From positions 3,840,001 to 3,904,000 of the forward strand of contig CBDCGL010000011.1 of NCBI GenBank assembly GCA_965216755.1: DNA of 64,000 nt. Direction: 5' to 3'. The translations under genes and the position numbers were made by a program. The notes under the pieces were generated by a model. The model had not been told where the DNA came from. It searched no databases and was given only the letters and a program-made list of their open reading frames with translations. The stretch is from Alphaproteobacteria bacterium (GTDB taxonomy: Bacteria; Pseudomonadota; Alphaproteobacteria; UBA7887). Positions 61,121 to 64,000 of the stretch are shown in pieces (within the stretch, counting starts at the first letter, position 1; every line of letters begins with the position of its first letter).

Positions 61121-61544
61121 ACACGGCGATAGGCGCGACGACGGCGGCAACGACCAACGGCAGAATCCAGTTTTCAGCGACAACAGCGAGGATTACTAGG
61201 CTGAGCGTCATGACGCTGATGGCGAGCAGTTTGGCGCGCGACGAGATGACACCGTGGCGGGTCCAATCGCGCAGCGGCGGACCAAATCGTGGGTGCGTGT
61301 AGAGCCAGTTATGGAAGCGGTCGGAGCTTTTGGAAAACGCCCACAGGGCGATAATCAGAAAAACCGTGGTCGGCAAACCAGGCACGACAACGCCAACCGC
61401 GCCAGCCCCGACATTCAGCCAAGCAAACGCAAATAATGCGTGGCGGGCACCGGGCCGCGTTAGCCAACCGCCTTGTGGTTTATCGGTTGCCGGTTTCTCG
61501 GGTGCGTCCGCGCTCTCTGGCGGGCAACTGTGGGCCATGGTCAT
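61083..61544 (-). CDS. YbaN/DUF454 inner membrane protein
   Basis: GVVVPGLPTTVF..AFSKSS..HPRFGP. Confidence 0.88.
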   Translation of the reverse strand: MTMAHSCPPESADAPEKPATDKPQGGWLTRPGARHALFAFAWLNVGAGAVGVVVPGLPTTVFLIIALWAFSKSSDRFHNWLYTHPRFGPPLRDWTRHGVISSRAKLLAISVMTLSLVILAVVAENWILPLVVAAVVAPIAVFILTRPGQRQDH

Positions 61545-61615
61545 GTCGTGAGGACGCTGTTCATGGTCAAAAGTGTAGGCATGTGCCGTCACGCCGACAA
61601 GCAGGCGACCAGGCG

Positions 61616-62596
61616 TCACAGCCCGTGATAGTCACGGAACCAGGCGACAAAACGAGGAATACCGACTTCAATTGGCGTCGATGGCGCAAATCCCAAGTCG
61701 TTTTGTATGGCGGTGATGTCGGCATAAGTGGCGGGAACATCACCAGGTTGCATCGGCGCTAGGATCTTTTCGGCTGTTCGCCCGACCGCCTCTTCGATGA
61801 CTTCGATGAAACGCAAGAGCGGCTCTGGTCGATGATTGCCGATATTGTACAAACAGTGGCGGACGCCGCCATCATCGGCCGGCGGTGGGCGATCGAGCGC
61901 GGCGATAACGCCGGCGACAATATCGTCGATGTAGGTGAAGTCGCGCTTCATGTCGCCATTGTTGAAGACCGTTATCGGTTGATCATCGAAAATCGCCTTG
62001 GTGAACAGAAAAGCGGCCATGTCAGGTCGGCCCCAAGGGCCATACACGGTGAAAAATCTCAGTCCGGTCATGGGCAGATCATAGAGATGGCTATAGCAAT
62101 GACCGAGCAATTCGTCGGCGCGTTTGGTTGCGGCATAGAGCGACACTGGTCGGTCGACGCGATCGCTTTCCGCGAACGGCAATTTGGTATTGCCGCCATA
62201 GACCGAGCTCGAACTGGCATAAACCAAGTGCTCGAAGCCGTCGCTGTGCCGGCACGCCTCCAAGATCACAGCTTGGCCGGCCAGGTTGGCCTGTATGTAG
62301 GCCATCGGATTGGTCAACGAATAGCGGACGCCAGCCTGCGCCGCCAAATGGACAACGCGGCGGATTGGCGCGTGGCGGCGGCACACGTCTTCCATGCCAG
62401 CGGCGTCGGCGATATCTTGATGATAGAACGTAAACCCGTTCTGATCGTCGAGTTGCGCCAGGCGCGCGCGTTTCAGACCGACGTCGTAATAGTCGTTCAG
62501 ATCGTCGACCGCGATAACGGTTTCGCCGCGGCGACGCAGCGCGGCACATACATGATAGCCGATGAAGCCGGCGGCGCCGGTAACCAGGACGGTCAT
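61616..62596 (-). CDS. NAD-dependent epimerase (UDP-glucuronate 4-epimerase-like)
   Basis: TGAAGFIG, HLAAQAGVRYS, YAATK, FFTVYGPWGRPDM. Confidence 0.93.
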   Translation of the reverse strand: MTVLVTGAAGFIGYHVCAALRRRGETVIAVDDLNDYYDVGLKRARLAQLDDQNGFTFYHQDIADAAGMEDVCRRHAPIRRVVHLAAQAGVRYSLTNPMAYIQANLAGQAVILEACRHSDGFEHLVYASSSSVYGGNTKLPFAESDRVDRPVSLYAATKRADELLGHCYSHLYDLPMTGLRFFTVYGPWGRPDMAAFLFTKAIFDDQPITVFNNGDMKRDFTYIDDIVAGVIAALDRPPPADDGGVRHCLYNIGNHRPEPLLRFIEVIEEAVGRTAEKILAPMQPGDVPATYADITAIQNDLGFAPSTPIEVGIPRFVAWFRDYHGL

Positions 62597-62826
62597 AAGC
62601 CCTCGCTTCGGTTGGCGGTGGTCCAGGCCCCGGGCGGCGCATGGACATGTGGTCTTGCGCGTGGTGCGGTCATCATTAAAGGGTCAAATTCGTCAAAGGA
62701 CCGTGAACCAAAGCGCATTGGTCAAATAGGTCAGCCCTTATTACCTTTATTTGGTGGATCGCATGCGCCGAACCCGAATGTTTGCCTGATTCATCGCCGT
62801 GCACCCGTTCTCAAAGGACAGCACTT

Positions 62827-64000
62827 ATGACTATCGCCGCCGTTTCCCTGGATGACAAATACGCACTCGAGTCGGGGCGGGTATATTTGACCGGCACCCA
62901 AGCCTTGGTTCGTTTGCCAATGATGCAGCGCCAACGTGACGCTGCGGCGGGTTTGCACACCGGCGCGTTCATATCCGGCTATCGTGGCTCGCCGCTCGGC
63001 GCGTATGACATGGCGCTTTGGCAAGCGCGGTCGTTCTTGCAGCGCAACCACATTCGTTTTCAGCCGGGAGTCAACGAAGACCTTGCGGCGACCGCCTTGT
63101 GGGGGTCGCAACAACTGAACTTGTTGCAAAAGACCGACTATGACGGGGTCTTTGGTATTTGGTACGGCAAGGGTCCCGGTGTGGATCGGTGTGGCGATGT
63201 GTTCCGGCATGCCAATTTGGCGGGCTCGGCGGCGCATGGCGGGGTTCTGGCCCTGTTGGGCGACGATCATACGGCCAAATCCTCGACCACCGCCCATCAA
63301 ACCGAGTTCGCCATGGCCGACATGATGATCCCGGTTCTGAATCCGGCCGGGGTGCAGGAATTCTTGGACCTGGGTTTGCACGGATGGGCGTTGTCGCGCT
63401 TTGCCGGCACGTGGACGGGGTTCAAGTGCGTCACCATGACGGTCGATTCCTCGGCATCCGTCTATATCGATCCGCAGCGGGTCAACATTGTAACGCCAAG
63501 TGATTTTACCAGGCCCGATGGTGGGCTGAACATTCGCTGGCCGGACGACATATTGGCGCAAGAAGAACGCTTGCACACGTACAAAATGGCGGCCGCGCAG
63601 GCCTATGCGCGCGCCAACCATTTGGATCGCGTGGTGATCGACAGCCGCACGCCGCGTTTGGTCATTGTTACCACTGGCAAGTCTTACCTGGATGTTCGCC
63701 AAGCGCTGGATGATTTGGGCATCGACGAAGCGCTGGCGGCCGAGATCGGTATCAAACTATACAAAGTAGCCTTGGTATGGCCGCTCGACGGACAAAGTCT
63801 GCGCCGCTTTGTCGATGGCGTCGACGAGGTCGTCGTCGTCGAGGAGAAGCGCCCCTTGATCGAAGATCAGCTGAAGGCCTTGATGTTTGGCGACCATGTG
63901 CGGCCACAACGGATTGTCGGTAAGTTCGCCGAGAACGGCCAGCCCTTGTTTCCCTCGCACGGCGAGGTCAGTGCCGAGCGCATCGCCATCGCTCTTGGCG
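62827..64000 (+). CDS. Indolepyruvate:ferredoxin oxidoreductase family protein (5' part; runs off the window)
   Basis: Manual translation: MTIAAVSLDDKY..GTQALVRL..SGYRGSPLG..GVNEDLAATA..WYGKGPGVDR..GDDHTAKSST. Confidence 0.93.
   Translation, partial: MTIAAVSLDDKYALESGRVYLTGTQALVRLPMMQRQRDAAAGLHTGAFISGYRGSPLGAYDMALWQARSFLQRNHIRFQPGVNEDLAATALWGSQQLNLLQKTDYDGVFGIWYGKGPGVDRCGDVFRHANLAGSAAHGGVLALLGDDHTAKSSTTAHQTEFAMADMMIPVLNPAGVQEFLDLGLHGWALSRFAGTWTGFKCVTMTVDSSASVYIDPQRVNIVTPSDFTRPDGGLNIRWPDDILAQEERLHTYKMAAAQAYARANHLDRVVIDSRTPRLVIVTTGKSYLDVRQALDDLGIDEALAAEIGIKLYKVALVWPLDGQSLRRFVDGVDEVVVVEEKRPLIEDQLKALMFGDHVRPQRIVGKFAENGQPLFPSHGEVSAERIAIALG

Overview
GC-rich alphaproteobacterial chromosome segment (atpI-B-E-F'-F, smc, ccrM, rnhB and mutY synteny; probably Rhodospirillales-like). 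From left to right: (1) a surface-glycosylation cluster (rfbG/rfbF, GT4, two GT2, flippase-like protein, GT-C-like membrane protein, two paralogous FAD oxidoreductases); (2) a QueG/reductive-dehalogenase-like Fe-S protein and a 24-bp inverted-repeat element; (3) an anthraniloyl/salicylyl-CoA monooxygenase (abm-type) catabolic operon with a LIV-type ABC transporter; (4) an ~11-kb locus at 28.1-39.1 kb, the most interesting part; (5) an IS5-family element inserted at the atpF stop codon; (6) housekeeping genes ending in a partial indolepyruvate:ferredoxin oxidoreductase. The 28.1-39.1 kb locus holds an ECF sigma/anti-sigma pair, three paralogous secreted proteins built from three 36-aa Asn/Gly/Val-rich repeats, two paralogous small Cys-pair proteins, a CsgG/HfaB-like lipoprotein with PG-binding and DUF4384-like domains, an OmpA-domain protein and a short-passenger autotransporter barrel. 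Five of its promoters share an (T/C)NACCC(C/T)-N16-CGT motif. I interpret it as a candidate undescribed curli/Fap-analogous extracellular fibre (functional amyloid or beta-solenoid) secretion system. All family assignments come from motif recognition by eye, not database searches.
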